From the NCBI RefSeq assembly GCF_009914755.1, contig NC_060925.1: a stretch of DNA of 64,000 nt. One strand, written 5' to 3'. Numbering within the stretch: the stretch's first letter is position 1; every line of letters starts with the position of its first letter. The translations under genes were made by a program, and so were the position numbers. The notes beneath the pieces are model-generated. The model saw only the letters and a list, made by a program, of their open reading frames with translations. It was not told the origin of the DNA and ran no database searches. Shown in pieces: positions 25,460 to 38,214 of the stretch. This DNA comes from the human T2T-CHM13v2.0 reference genome, Homo sapiens.

Positions 25460-26187
25460 TAGCCAGACCAGCCCCCTTTTTCTTCCGGATCCTTTGAAGA
25501 ACTTTCCAGTGTTTTTCCTTGCAGTAGGTTTATTTTTACTGATTGCAAATTTCTAGTGTCACTTGCCAGTTCAAAAACTTTCTGCCTCTGTGTAATCTGC
25601 TGCCCAATTCTTTCCCTATCCCCCAGAAGTTTTATCCTGAGGCAGGAATAATTTATTCTTCAGTGCTTATTCAAGAAGATTTTCCATGTCCATGCCAAAA
25701 AGCAAGTCCTTGCCAAATGGAATTCCTGTGTGGAGTTCTTTCAAAATCATGTCTTCCAACCAGAGGTGCAGCCAAAGAACTATCTGGGCAGCCACATTAG
25801 CTGTCATACTTTTCAAAATCACTGGCAGGCAGCCGATAGCACAGTCTGCCAAAACCTCTACTTCCATTTTAACCAGAGCACAGGTCTTCAAGGACGTTCT
25901 CTCAACTCTCATAGCCACTTAGAAATGGCTCCAGCGCCTCTGCCAGTTTCCTGCCTGAATGCAAGTTCCTGCTGCTTTGAAAGTTTGCTAAAGGGAAACA
26001 TCTGCTTCTCTATGGGCTTAGTTCAGTTTCCATTAAGGCAGTGAGCTTTTTTCACCTTTAATGAAATGTTAGCAATTTCAGCATCCATGTTTTTAGCAGT
26101 TTCCTATATTTCAACCTTTAAATATAAATATGCTTTTATTTTATGGAGTTTCTTGGAAGCATTGAAGATTGATCTTTCGAGGCTCAT
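25460..26187 (-). mobile_element. Relic of DIRS1-type (tyrosine-recombinase) retrotransposon ORF1/Gag, LAP2alpha-domain homolog; stops and frameshifts
   Basis: ORF 25667-25918 has M-x9-LWL-x9-K-x6-PF-x4-LFG, gap-free with the recalled LAP2alpha C-terminus (TMGNATVGRRYLWLKDCKINLASKNKLASTPFKGGTLFG). Upstream frames give *ETAKNMDAEIANIS, KPIEKQM, QTFKAAG, AISKWL*EL; downstream KNKLFLPQDK. Confidence 0.75.
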
Positions 26188-26700
26188 ATCACATCAGTAT
26201 GATGTTAATTAAAATCTAATTTACTGTGTATTTTTTCTGTTGTCTAGTTTCTCCTCCTCCCCGATCCCTATTAGCCTTATATCATAGATATTGTTTTACA
26301 TTATTATAAGTGGAGATGCTTGATTAACCCATATGTGCATTAATCATTATTTATCTTAATGAATTACTTACTCTATAGTTTATTTCTGAATGATTCAACC
26401 ATTGGCATAACTATCTGGTCCTTTGCTTTCTCATCTAAAACAAGAAACCTCTGAGTCTGCTAAATGACCTTTGATACTTCTTCTAGTTCTAAAACTCAAA
26501 GTCCAGTTGGAGATCTTAAATTTTTCTTCTCAATAATATTGCAGAAATATTTTCTTTACAATCTGTTTAACAGGCATTTACTTTATAAAGCATTAAGTCC
26601 ACAAACAACAATAAGGGAGTACCAAGGAAGATAATTAGAATTGAAAGGATAGACTTCAGAAACTAGTTATGTTTTGTTGTTGGCATTTAATGCCTTTTGT

Positions 26701-26997
26701 GGCCAGGCACAGTGGCTCACACCTGTAACCCTAGCACTTTGGGAGGCTGAGGCAAGCAGATCCCTTGGGCTCAGGAGTTTAAGACCAGCCTGGGCAACAT
26801 GGTGAAACTCATTCTTTACAATAAATACAAAAATTATCCAGGCATGATGGCACAGGCCTGTAGTCCAAGGTACTCAGGAGGCTGAGGTGGAAAGATCTCT
26901 TGAGCCTGGGAAGTCGAGGCTGCAGTGAGATCACGCCACTGCACTACTGTCTAGGTGACAGAGTAAGACCCTACCTCAAAAATAAGTAAATAAATAG
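26701..26997 (+). mobile_element. AluJ
   Basis: Full dimer with J-type positions. Confidence 0.92.
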
Positions 26998-27242
26998 AGA
27001 ATTGCCTTTAAAAAATTATTAAACTTGTTATTAACTGGTTATGTTGAAAAAAGCTATGTGTTAGGTCAGTCATAGCTAAGTTAAATTCTCTGTCATGTCA
27101 ACTACTTCCTCATGATATGGCTATAATTTTCAAAAGTACATTTATATTACTGTTCTCTCTATGGACATTTCTACTGAACTGCTTCACAGGCATCCAACTT
27201 TAACTTAATATCTTAAAATATGTACTAAACCTCACTCGTCAT

Positions 27243-27547
<305 letters not shown>

Positions 27548-27924
27548 CTCACTCATCATTTTTTTTTTTTTTTCTCCAATTCTTTCTATTTTCTTTGCTG
27601 TCACTGGAAATGGTACTGCCATCCTCTAAGATGAAAATGCTAGAAATCTCTATATCATCCTTGACTTCTCTTTTTCTTTTACCTCCAGCATCCAAATAGT
27701 AGCCACATTTTATTAATTCTACTTTTTAAATATCTCATCAATCTGCCTTTTCCTTCTATTCTATTACTTCTTTGATCTGTAACTTGATGATCTCAGTGCT
27801 AACTTTTAAACTGCTCCTTCAGCCTCAGCCCTGGTCCTTGTCTAATCCAGTATCCAATCAGGAGCCAGAATGTTGGTTCTGTAACATAAACATTACAATG
27901 ACACAGCTTCACTTTAAATTTTTA

Positions 27925-28063
27925 CTTTATTTATTTTTTAATTATTGTAGCAATGGGGTCTCTCTTTGTTGCCTAGGCTGGCCTCAAACTCCTCGCCTCA
28001 AGTGATCCTCCCGCCTCAGTCTCCGGACAAGCTGGGATTGCAGGCCTGAGCCACTGCATCTAG
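27925..28063 (-). mobile_element. FLAM_C-like Alu monomer
   Basis: Left-monomer sequence; taaattttta flanks. Confidence 0.85.
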
Positions 28064-28254
28064 CTTGCTGTAAATTTTTAAATTCAAAGTTCTTAATGTA
28101 ATGTAAAATAATTTTGTAGTCTGACCCCTATTTATCTTTTCAACCTCATAAATTGCCCCTCTAACTTCTTTGTGCCCAATATGTTAACTACTTAGGTCTG
28201 GGGTCTTTCTTCTTGTGGTTTTTCCATATACTGTTTCCTGGAATACATTCATTC

Positions 28255-28725
28255 CACATTATGAACCTGTTCACACTCATACTTTCTTCTCTGCATCTTG
28301 TTTTGTGCCCCAAGGAGGCTGATTTTGAGAGCTAGATCTACGGCTCTCTTAACTTTTCACCTTCTAATAGAGTTCCCTTAACAGAGAGCCCGAACAAAGG
28401 GTTGGAAGAGGGAGAGTGACATCTAAATATGTATTATTTGGACTCCTTCTCCACCGTGTTTCCATAGCTTGGGTGCCTCCCTTGACGTTTCTTGAACTAA
28501 GGTCATGGTTCCCTTAGAGCAGCCCTCTCGACGCAGCCTCTCTATCTCCAGGCTCCGGTAACCCCTCCCTCCCCTGTTATTTTCAAGCCCGGCACAGTAT
28601 CCTGTGACCTTTCTTGTTGTGTCCTTATACCTTACTCAGGTCTTTGAAATTGTCTCCTGATTAAACTTGCTTCAAATTACCTAAATTTAATGTTCTATTC
28701 CTTTCCTTTAGGAACCTGACTGGGA
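28255..28725 (+). mobile_element. Old ERVL LTR (LTR33-like)
   Basis: Composition and ..gaacctgact end. Confidence 0.45.
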
Positions 28726-28783
28726 TCCTGAAAGAGGTATCTGGACACAATAGTCTGGAGCTCAGAGGAAAGCTTGTAAATAA

Positions 28784-28953
28784 GGGGGAAGGGGGAGGGA
28801 TAGCATTAGGAGATATACCTAATGCTAAATGACGGGTTAAAGGGTGCAGCACACCAACATGGCACATGTATACATATGTAACAAACCTGCACATTGCGCA
28901 CATGTACCCTAAAACTTAAAGTATAATAATAATAAAATTAAAAAAATAAAAAA
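28784..28953 (+). mobile_element. Short L1PA 3' end inserted in L2
   Basis: gggagggatagcattaggagatatacctaatgc..aaaacttaaagtataata + A tail. Confidence 0.92.
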
Positions 28954-29298
28954 TATATATATATATATACATTTTGGACTCATTTATAGTATTAAAAAGT
29001 GCAAGTGGATTTAATGTCACAAGGTTGAGTAAGATTTCCTTGGGAGAAAAGCGTAGATAAAAAGAAGACCTGCCTAGGGCTAAGCATTGAATCACTCCAG
29101 TGCTAGGGGATTTAACAGAGTATTGTTAGGGTGGCAGGGATAGAGGCTGGAAGAGTAAGGAGAGCCGAAGGAGAGACTGAGAAGAAGTGAAGAAGGTGAA
29201 AATCCAGGCAAGAAAACAAAAGACTACCATCTCAACAATATATTAAAAAGCAAAACCAACAACAATCAACAAAACTTTGAAGTTATTGTTTTTTCCAG

Positions 29299-29435
29299 TA
29301 TGTCAAATCCAAGACCATATTTTCAGGACAGGTTATCCATTATATTACCTGGGCGTCTATTTTGCTACAAAAAAATTGTGCCAAAATGATACTTCCAAGC
29401 ATTTGGAATAGATTGCAGCTATAAGCTATAATGAG
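29299..29435 (+). pseudogene. Candidate fossil exon
   Basis: Acceptor ttgttttttccag, GAG|gtatat donor; all frames near-open, true frame unresolved. Confidence 0.4.
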
Positions 29436-30354
29436 GTATATAGAAAAAACATATTTCCTTTCTGCGGCCAACAGTAGGACTAATGGGCTTTTCTCTGTTA
29501 TAACTATCACTAAAACAACCACCAAAAATAAAGATTCAGTGAATCCTTCATTTATGATTTATTGGAAAGCAGACACCAATGAAGAACTAACAGACCAATT
29601 AGAGAACAAACTAGACAATTAATTAAAAGATATTTGGAAAATTATGATTAGGACAGTGAAGGATGTAAAAATAATATGACAACTAATTAACAGGAAAAAA
29701 AAGATAGCACTTATAACACCACTTGCATTCTTAGAAAGTAGATGCTGTTTATGACAGGCCATTTTTTGTTTGATTGTTTTCTGCTAAGCTGTTTGATGGA
29801 TTTGGGAGTTGGGTTCTGAGAGAAGTGCTGAGATAAAGAGATGAAAGTGGCAAAAAAAAGTGAGGTCCATGATGTCAGAAGGCTTTGCTCTAGTTGGGGT
29901 AACCTGTCTTTGACACGAAAATCTTTAATAAACCAGACAGAATGCATAAAATGCTTGGTATGAGTAGACCTTGCTTTGCTATATGCTTATATCCAATGAA
30001 AGAAATGTATTTTATATCCAGAGTAAAATGAAGACTTTTAATGACAATTCAGGTGTTGGAAACAATGAGAACCATGAAGGTGTAAGCCACTAAGAATTCT
30101 TAAAGGTCATAGGATTTGATTTTAAATTTCACAAGCAATGGTATTGGCAAGTCAGGATCAGTGCTTCAGCCAAGTTTGTCTAGATTTCCTAGTGACAAGT
30201 AAACCCTAGCAGATAACAGGGTTATATAAAAACTAAGTGAAAGTTCTCGGCATGTTGAAAATGTTGGGAAGGGATAACAGCTTTCTATAAATATTAAAAT
30301 GATTTGTAGGTGCAATTTAGTTAACTCAACAGATCTGTGTTGAACATTCTGACA

Positions 30355-30600
30355 GGCAGAGTGTAGTGGTGGAAAATGTGAATGCTTAGGTCGAACTCCC
30401 ACTTTCAGCACCCTCTAGCTTCATAATTTAAGGCACTTAAAAAATCTGCTCTATTTCAGTATTTTTATTTTCAAGGTGAAGAGAATAATATATACTTTCT
30501 AAAACTGATAAAAAGATTTAAAATTATTTTATATGAAGCACCTAAATTAGTGCTAAGTTAGTTTTGGTTTCATAGCAAATCCATAATAAATATTAGCTAT
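30355..30600 (+). mobile_element. MIR
   Basis: Degenerate MIR core and tail. Confidence 0.55.
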
Positions 30601-30840
30601 TAGTAATGGTGATTAAAGTTAATTTAAATAGTCCTTTTGTTATATAACCTAGATTTTATTAGAAAATAATGTAACTAAAAACAGTGCTTTCTAAGGAGTT
30701 CAAACTACTGATGTGATTTCAATAAATGAAAGTTGTAAGAACTCAGATAATATCTTCATATAAAGGTGTCTACCAGAATCAGAATTTTCCCAAAATTGGG
30801 AAATCATATGCTTCATCTTGGTTAATATTTTGTGGAGGAG

Positions 30841-30975
30841 CAGTGGTTCTCACCATGACTGTAAATTAAAATGATCTGGGGATGTTTTAAAAGTAGACGT
30901 ACTAAATAAGATAATCTGCAGATGGTATCTATGTTTGTTTATGGTAATTTGCAACCAAGATTGAGAAACCTGCTG
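30841..30975 (+). mobile_element. MER5A-like
   Basis: cagtggttctca..gattgagaaacctgctg. Confidence 0.6.
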
Positions 30976-31160
30976 AGTTAATTTCTGCACTGGGTGTAGG
31001 TTTGGACCAGCTTTGAATTAGTCATCTCATGATAGGATGATCTGATTCTGCTATTACTGGACACATTGGTGTAATTGGTATATACCAATTGGTGCATGGT
31101 ATAATATTTTTTCAAACTTTTTACCTTGCTCTTCAACTCCATTCTTTATATGGATGTTAG

Positions 31161-31293
31161 AGTAATTCCAGAATTATCCTTTGCTTGAAGAGATATAGAA
31201 CTATGGCAAAAATGTGTTGCTTTAACGTTAGATTTTCAGCTATATCCACTTAAAACCAAGAACTTAAAAAGTTGATTTATTAGTCTCTTGACT
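31161..31293 (+). pseudogene. Fossil exon VIPELSFA*RDIELWQKCVALTLDFQLYPLKTKNLKS*FISLLT
   Basis: 44 codons with two TGA stops; IELWQ resembles RGS helix 4 (recalled RGSL1 LDLWQD); donor gtaaat. Confidence 0.5.
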
Positions 31294-31873
31294 GTAAATG
31301 GGTTTTGTAGGACATGATGTTTTCCTGACATAATTATTTCTAGAATGAGTTCCTCCAATTTATTTTTAAATTAAGAAATTTAGAACCATGGCATTCAGAA
31401 TATATACCCTGATTATTGAAATGTGCTATATGAATTGCCTAAGATCTAATCAGCACATTGTTGATAAATATTTCATACATATTTTAAATTTCCATATTTT
31501 TACTGCATTTCAGTATCACAAATTGTATTTTTCATTCAATGACTGGCCTATCAACCTAATACATATTTGTAAATCTTAATTCAAACTCAATGAGTATGGA
31601 TCCATACAAGCTTAAACTGCAATTTCGCACAACTGTAGTTTTAAATTACAAATCATGAATGCATTTAATGTGCTCTGCTGTCTGGAAAGTGGTTTAGAGA
31701 GCTACATGTATAAAAGGTGGCACAAAACACTCTAGGGCAAGGAGAAAATTTGCTATCCTTTTGCTATTAATGATTACTCTTAATTCCACCTTCCTGTATT
31801 TCCCATAGTTACCTAATTTTCCCTTAAGAATATACTTTTTTTCATCTTTTCATATTTATGTTTCAAATCATAG

Positions 31874-32041
31874 AATTTTATGAACATTCTAAATGTGTGC
31901 AGCTTTTAGGGAGCTTGGCCTCTTACAAAGGCAGATACAGAATCACATCATTTAAATTTAGTACTGTTTTGGGAATGGCATTGTGTAGAGTTTATCAGCG
32001 CATTCATCAGGATAGAAGATGGCTCATGTATTTCCTGCGGG
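31874..32041 (+). pseudogene. Still-open fossil exon EFYEHSKCVQLLGSLASYKGRYRITSFKFSTVLGMALCRVYQRIHQDRRWLMYFLR
   Basis: Long T-rich tract ending tcatag; 168 nt, phase 1-1, no stops; C-terminal half resembles RGS helix 7-8. Confidence 0.6.
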
Positions 32042-32189
32042 GTAGACATTGTTTATTCCAGAAGGACCACTCAGTATGTGAAAGTCATTTTCCCTAGTGA
32101 CCGAATAGTTTCTCCACATTTGACTCCTTTTTATCCCCAGTACCAATTCTCTAAAATTATCTGGCTCTCCTTTTTCATTCATAGTAGAA

Positions 32190-32710
32190 TTACCTTACTA
32201 AACCACATATTGTATATAGCATCCCCTCTTCAAAAATCAGCAAAGGCTCCCCACTGCTGACAGAAAATTAAATGACTCCCTGAAATGCCGTCCAAAGTCT
32301 TGCATGCTCTCCCTTTGAATTACAGTCTCTTCTCATTCACAGCATTCCTCTTCACACTCTTCTCCGCACATTTCTTCCAGGTGTGTGCCCAGCTCTATGA
32401 TTTCGCTCATGATTTGCCATCATTCTCAAGTGTACTTTGTTTCCCTCTCTACTATTTTATTAAAGCCTCTGTCAGATACTCCTATTTGGAAATAAAAACT
32501 TCCTCCATCCCGCCTGTCAGAGATTTCCTTCTTTCTCTTCACAATCACATGTTACGTATGCAGCTCCATTTGACTGAACTAATTTTATTTCCTTGTCCCC
32601 AGTACATTTTGAAGGTTTTGAGGACATGGATGCTGTCTTGTTAGTCTTTGTATTTGTAGGAACTTGCACAATGCTTTGTTTAAAAAGTGATGTTTAAATA
32701 TGTGAACTGA
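32190..32710 (+). mobile_element. L2 fragment
   Basis: L2 3' region motifs. Confidence 0.55.
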
Positions 32711-33602
32711 GAAAAAATAAAATGAGTAAGAGATTATTCCCCATTTTGGCCTTTAAAAATGCTAGAGTTTGTTTGAAACTGATATGCTAAATGAAAGCCT
32801 ACTAATATGTCATCAGCAAGTATTTGTAAGCAAATGAACATGTTTTTCTGAGTGAATGGTCTATAATTCTGCAGATCATTGCATAATTTGTGGTTTTTCA
32901 AAAGCTTGATTATCTCAGATTTTTATATCCTTACAAAGAAATAGAAAGACAATTGAATTGTCTTTAATATAGTACTTTTTGAAAATGGTGCTTGAAATAT
33001 TTTCAAGCTTAAATGTTTTTCTTGCATATAATTATTTTGATCAAATAAATATAGTATTTAATTATTATAGGCCGAGATCATTTTGTCAGTTTTAACAGAA
33101 AACCTTGTAAAACAGTAGAAGAAAATGCATGTTTAATCTTTTTCTTTATATTATCAGATATAAACAGACAAATATTAGAGACTTGATTTTACTCTACTTA
33201 TAAAGAAAATGTTATATCTCTATTCTCCAAATATCATAGAATATTGAAGTAGCAAAGAATAAGAATCCAGAGAAGTAAATAAACTTTCTACAACAAACAA
33301 GAGAATTTCCTGTTATAATAGCTATGTGATTATTTGATTTGTAACCCAGATATTTGAATTTTTATCCTATTACTAGTGAATAGTTTCAAATCACAAACAT
33401 AATTTAGTGTTTTAGTGTTGTTGTTTATTTCTAATATGAACTGGTAGAAAGGCATTAATCTTTTATGAGTACCTACTACGTACCAGGTTCTCTGCCAGAA
33501 AAATTATAAATGCTACGCTATCAAAATTGATATTGTGTTAGATTTATAGGTAAGAGAATAACAACTATAATTTCCTCTTTTCGATCTGTGAAATATTTTT
33601 AG

Positions 33603-33731
33603 AGCCCATTGTGTACTCTATTTCCTAAAAGCAGCCCCAAAACTCCATTAAATAAAAATGGCTGATGTATACAGACAGAAGGCAAAGTATTAGCGAAAAA
33701 AATACAAAAAGAAGTGAAAAATGGAAAAGTG
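33603..33731 (+). pseudogene. Fossil exon SPLCTLFPKSSPKTPLNKNG*CIQTEGKVLAKKIQKEVKNGKV
   Basis: 129 nt phase 0-0, one TGA, consensus donor gtaagt. Confidence 0.6.
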
Positions 33732-33792
33732 GTAAGTTTATGGAAAATATGATTAAGAGACAGAATATATCTTTTTTTTCTCCTATCTTTAG

Positions 33793-33933
33793 TGTGATCA
33801 TCTCAGAAAAGCAGATAAAAAGATTTATAAATGGCAAATGTATACGGACTGACTATTTGAGATTTTGATGTAGTCTTACAGCTGACTGAACTCTAATGAG
33901 TTATATTTCATAAAAACCTATGTGGTTCTTAAG
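33793..33933 (+). pseudogene. Fossil exon CDHLRKADKKIYKWQMYTD*LFEILM*SYS*LNSNELYFIKTYVVLK
   Basis: Strong acceptor cttttttttctcctatctttag, 141 nt phase 0-0; stops TGA/TAG/TGA each one C>T change from R/Q/R. Confidence 0.6.
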
Positions 33934-35839
33934 GTACAACAATATGATGAGGCCCGGTGATAAGAAAACTGTGGCAATGGCCTACTTTAAGGAAATAAAT
34001 TGTACCCCTGAGGGACTCTTTTGTATTTAATAAGTTACAGAATTTCTACAGATTATGGATAATTATTTAACTGGACCCTAAACCAGACTTGTCAAATGCA
34101 ATGTTTTTATGGGAAAATTGCTCTCTGAAAATACCCCAGACATAACATTATCATTTAAATGGATGGATTGATATATACACACACTAAAACACAACTTAAA
34201 GAAATGGGAAATATAAATACTGACTGAAGCAAATAGTCCAAGCTGCTATATGGTAATCAAAATAAAATAACATTAAATTTGACAAAAATGTTATTTAAAT
34301 GTGTATTTTCTGGTACAGGCGAATGCTGAGTTTTTATTTATTTTTAGCCCTACCTTATCTATATATGTCTACCTATATTTTGTATCTATTTATAGCATGG
34401 TTGACAATAATATGAAATAAAAAAAACTTTAGCATAGTACAATAAAACAAAGTTAACATTTGTTTCACAATAAAAGTATTGCTAAATTGCCATAAGATTA
34501 TGTACCTTACCAAGACATACCCAACATAGGGGTCCAAAAAATTAAGGTTAGATTCTTAGTCTCATTAACAAGAAATCAACTTAGAGTTCTTGCTTTCAAA
34601 TAATGGAATCAATCTAGCTGTTTTAGCTGTTTTAAACTAAAAGTCACTTTGGGAGCTAATCTCACAAAACTGAAATAAGCAAGAACAAAAGGCAATGCCT
34701 CAGTAGTTCCTACTTGGTAGGTAATCTGGCCAAAGGCTGCCATGTTGCCAGGTACCTTACATTTCCTTTATAAGCCTATTCCTTAGCCATTGGAGGATGA
34801 GAACAGGGAAGATTTGCTCTTTCTACTTCCACTTTGGGAGGCAGGCAACTGCTTTCACAAAACCAGGCACAATGAGGACTTATCAAAGTAGAAATTAGGT
34901 TGTGAATGTCAGCTAAAAGGGCCTTTGGAAACATGAATATGGTTGAGATGATATAAATAAAACTATAGCACTTAAGAGCAAAGGGATCCATGAAGGAGAA
35001 ACAACCATTATGTGTAAAAGAGAATTCACATTTTAACAAAAATAGAGAGTACTTGCAAAGGGGAATTTTCAGTGTGGAGGTCAGGGAGAAGATGCTGCTA
35101 AGTTAATCAAGTGGAGACTGATGTAAAGCATATTTGAGCTGGCACATACTTGTGTAAAAGCTGAAAGCATGAATTGTGACAGTAAAAGTTAGGTGAACAG
35201 AAAATCAAAGGTATTATTTGTATGAGTACATTTGCTCTCTGATAATGAGTAGACAAGAAGTAAGTGAAGAAGAGACAGTGGCATAGAGTGTCCATTCTTA
35301 TTGTTTTCATTTTAAATGACAAACTGTGTTGGTACACTGACAATTTTGAATGCCATCATATCCTTTCAAGAATTGCGTGGAGAATGATTTGTACTATCAT
35401 TGACAATATGGGAGTATGTTGATTCTTGAGGTTTTAATTTTGAAGGAGACTCTAACCTCCCTCAGCCTTTATTTCTCAATGCTTCTAAAATGCTTTGTTA
35501 ATGTCTATTATAAACCCCTTAGTTATTTTAGAGTTATTAATGTACCTCTTCACTAATCTGTAAATTCCCTGAGGGTGAAGAGATAACCTTACACAATTTG
35601 ATATCACAGCATCTAGAACAGTGCCTAGGCTTTGGAAGAATGTACAATATATGTTAGGTTAATTAATAAGCACATTCATGGAAAGTTGGGAAGAGAATGT
35701 TCTCTAAGTCCACATTTTTACCAATTTCTTGTCTTAAAAGTTTGACACATTTTAACTGACATAATAAAGTTTACTAATAGGGAAGATTAAAAAAAACCTG
35801 GAGCTATTTTTCTTTCATTGATTAATCCTCTTAATTTAA

Positions 35840-36085
35840 TTCAAAAAGCAATTACTGTGTCTGTTGTATGCCAGGCACTGTGTATGCCAAGTACTAGAAA
35901 TACACAGATTGATAAGACCTATTCCTTCCCTTAAGGAGACTACAGTCTAATCTCAATGCATCATTATTGGATTCCTGAGCTCCAACCGAGATGTAGTGAA
36001 GCTGAATTTCTAAGGACACAGCCTGGGAATCTGATTTAAACAAGCCTCATGTGATTCTTCAGTGTACGAAAACTTGAGAGTCAGA
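35840..36085. mobile_element. L2 3' end plus MER5A-like fragment
   Basis: tatgccaggcactg; gcctgggaatctg..aaacaagc..tgattct. Confidence 0.6.
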
Positions 36086-36351
36086 GTCTTGGTAGAAAGC
36101 AGAGGTGATTTTATATATATATATATAAAACTATCAGTAATCTTCCAGAAAAATGGTATGAGGAATGTCATTAGACAAGAGAGCTTAAAAGGTGCATCCA
36201 GGGATTTTGATGGATATTCTTAAATTAACAGAAATATTGAAAATGGTGTGTAATATTTAAAGTCAGGTGACCAAACTCGAGCTGGTTTCTTTAGAATTTT
36301 ACTTAATATAATCTAAAATAAAAATTTAAAAACAAAATACGGACGTAGGGT

Positions 36352-36475
36352 TATATATGTAAGATTATATATATATAAATGGATATGTATGTGTATTTGT
36401 ATATATATGTATGTGTGTATGTGTATATGTATATGTATTTATATATGTTTGTGTGTGTGTACATATATATACACA
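36352..36475. repeat. (TATG/TA)n simple repeat
   Basis: Direct observation. Confidence 0.85.
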
Positions 36476-36513
36476 TGGCTGGATTAATCATGGAAAAACA
36501 ACCAAAAAAACCT

Positions 36514-36848
<335 letters not shown>

Positions 36849-37423
36849 AAGAAAACCTTTTATAACTTTCCCCATGTCATCTTATATTTGGATAATTCAT
36901 CACAAATGCCATAATTTGCAATATTTATTCAGAAAATCTCCTGTACTAACATAAGAAAGGTGACACAGATCTCTGTCATGAGGAATTGTCAGCAGGTGAG
37001 TTACATGCAGCAAAATCTGTCTTTTACTTCTGTGTCAGAGAGAAAAGCAGATTGTTACTAAATCAATTGTATGATTTCAAACAAGAAGGAAAAAAGCAAA
37101 GTCTTCATAACGGTAGAGTAATCTATGATTAAAACACACTTATGTGAAACAGCAGGTTGACGTCCAGAATATTATTGGATATTGGCAATTTCTGTAAACA
37201 GAAGCAATTGTACAGCTTTGAAAGAATTTACCAGATAATGTCTGATTGTGAATGTAAGATAGATATGAATCTTATTATTTCTGTTCTCCATATGTTAAGT
37301 GTCTTTTATGATAAGAAAGAAGTGGCTTTTATTATTATAATCTACTGCTATTTTCAGAATAATTGTCTGCTTTTCAAAATATCGACCAAAAACTGTATTG
37401 TTAAGCATATATAAATGTCATAT

Positions 37424-38214
37424 TGAAATGGGGGAGTTCCTTGATATTCCCCTCGCAGGACATGTAACAGGGGTGTAGTTTGCCAGTTTGGTCGCCCTGC
37501 TGCTCAAACCTTTTGCGGGACGGGGAGCATGCAGACAGATGGGTACAGAGGGTGGGATGAGTTCTTTGGGCTCTGGCCCTTTGGTAGTGTCTAGGTGTGG
37601 TTGCCTTCAACCCCAGTGTTACAAAACTCTTTCAGCTTTGCTGCCTGCAGATGGCTTGAGTGTTAACCAGCTCAATGGACCCTCTGCCTTTTCCAAAGGG
37701 CAGAAGGCCAGTGTGACAGCTTTCTGTATCCCAAGCTCTTGTCCAGCATCCTGGAAAAATTGGGGCACACATGGACTCGAAGGATGAATGCGAGGTTTTA
37801 TTGAGTGGTGGAGGTGGCTTTCAGAGGGATGGATGAGGAGCTGCAAAGGGGGAATGGAGTGGGAAGGCGATCCTCCCTCAGAGTCGGGCTGCCCAGCGGC
37901 CAGACTCCTCTCCAACTGCCCCTAGCTGAACTCCTCTCTGCATTCAGATGTTCTTCCTCATCTCCCTTTCTCTGCTGTGTTGTTCTGTGTTTTCTGCTGT
38001 TCTGCTGGCTTGCTGGTCTGTTTCTGAAGCTTGGGATTCAGAGTTTATATGGGTGCAAGATAGGGGGTGTGGCAGGCCAAAAGACAGCATTTGGGTGTGA
38101 AAACAGGAATGCCTGTTCTCATTTAGGACCGCAGGTATCCGGACTTGAGGGTGAGGCCTTTGCCAGGGAACTGCCCTCTTCTACACAGTGTTTCCTTGTC
38201 TCCTGTCGGTATCA
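37424..38214 (-). mobile_element. Solo LTR of the LTR1 family (ERV1)
   Basis: Reverse complement begins tgataccgacaggagacaaggaaacactg..; 4-bp TSD atat/gtat. Confidence 0.85.

Noticed and set aside
25543-26044. Plus-strand ORFs over the DIRS relic
   Set aside because: Antisense shadows of the minus-strand coding relic; no motif.
29348-31200. Minus-strand exon-like segments (29348-29424, 31125-31200)
   Set aside because: Overlap better-supported plus-strand relics; expected by chance in AT-rich DNA.
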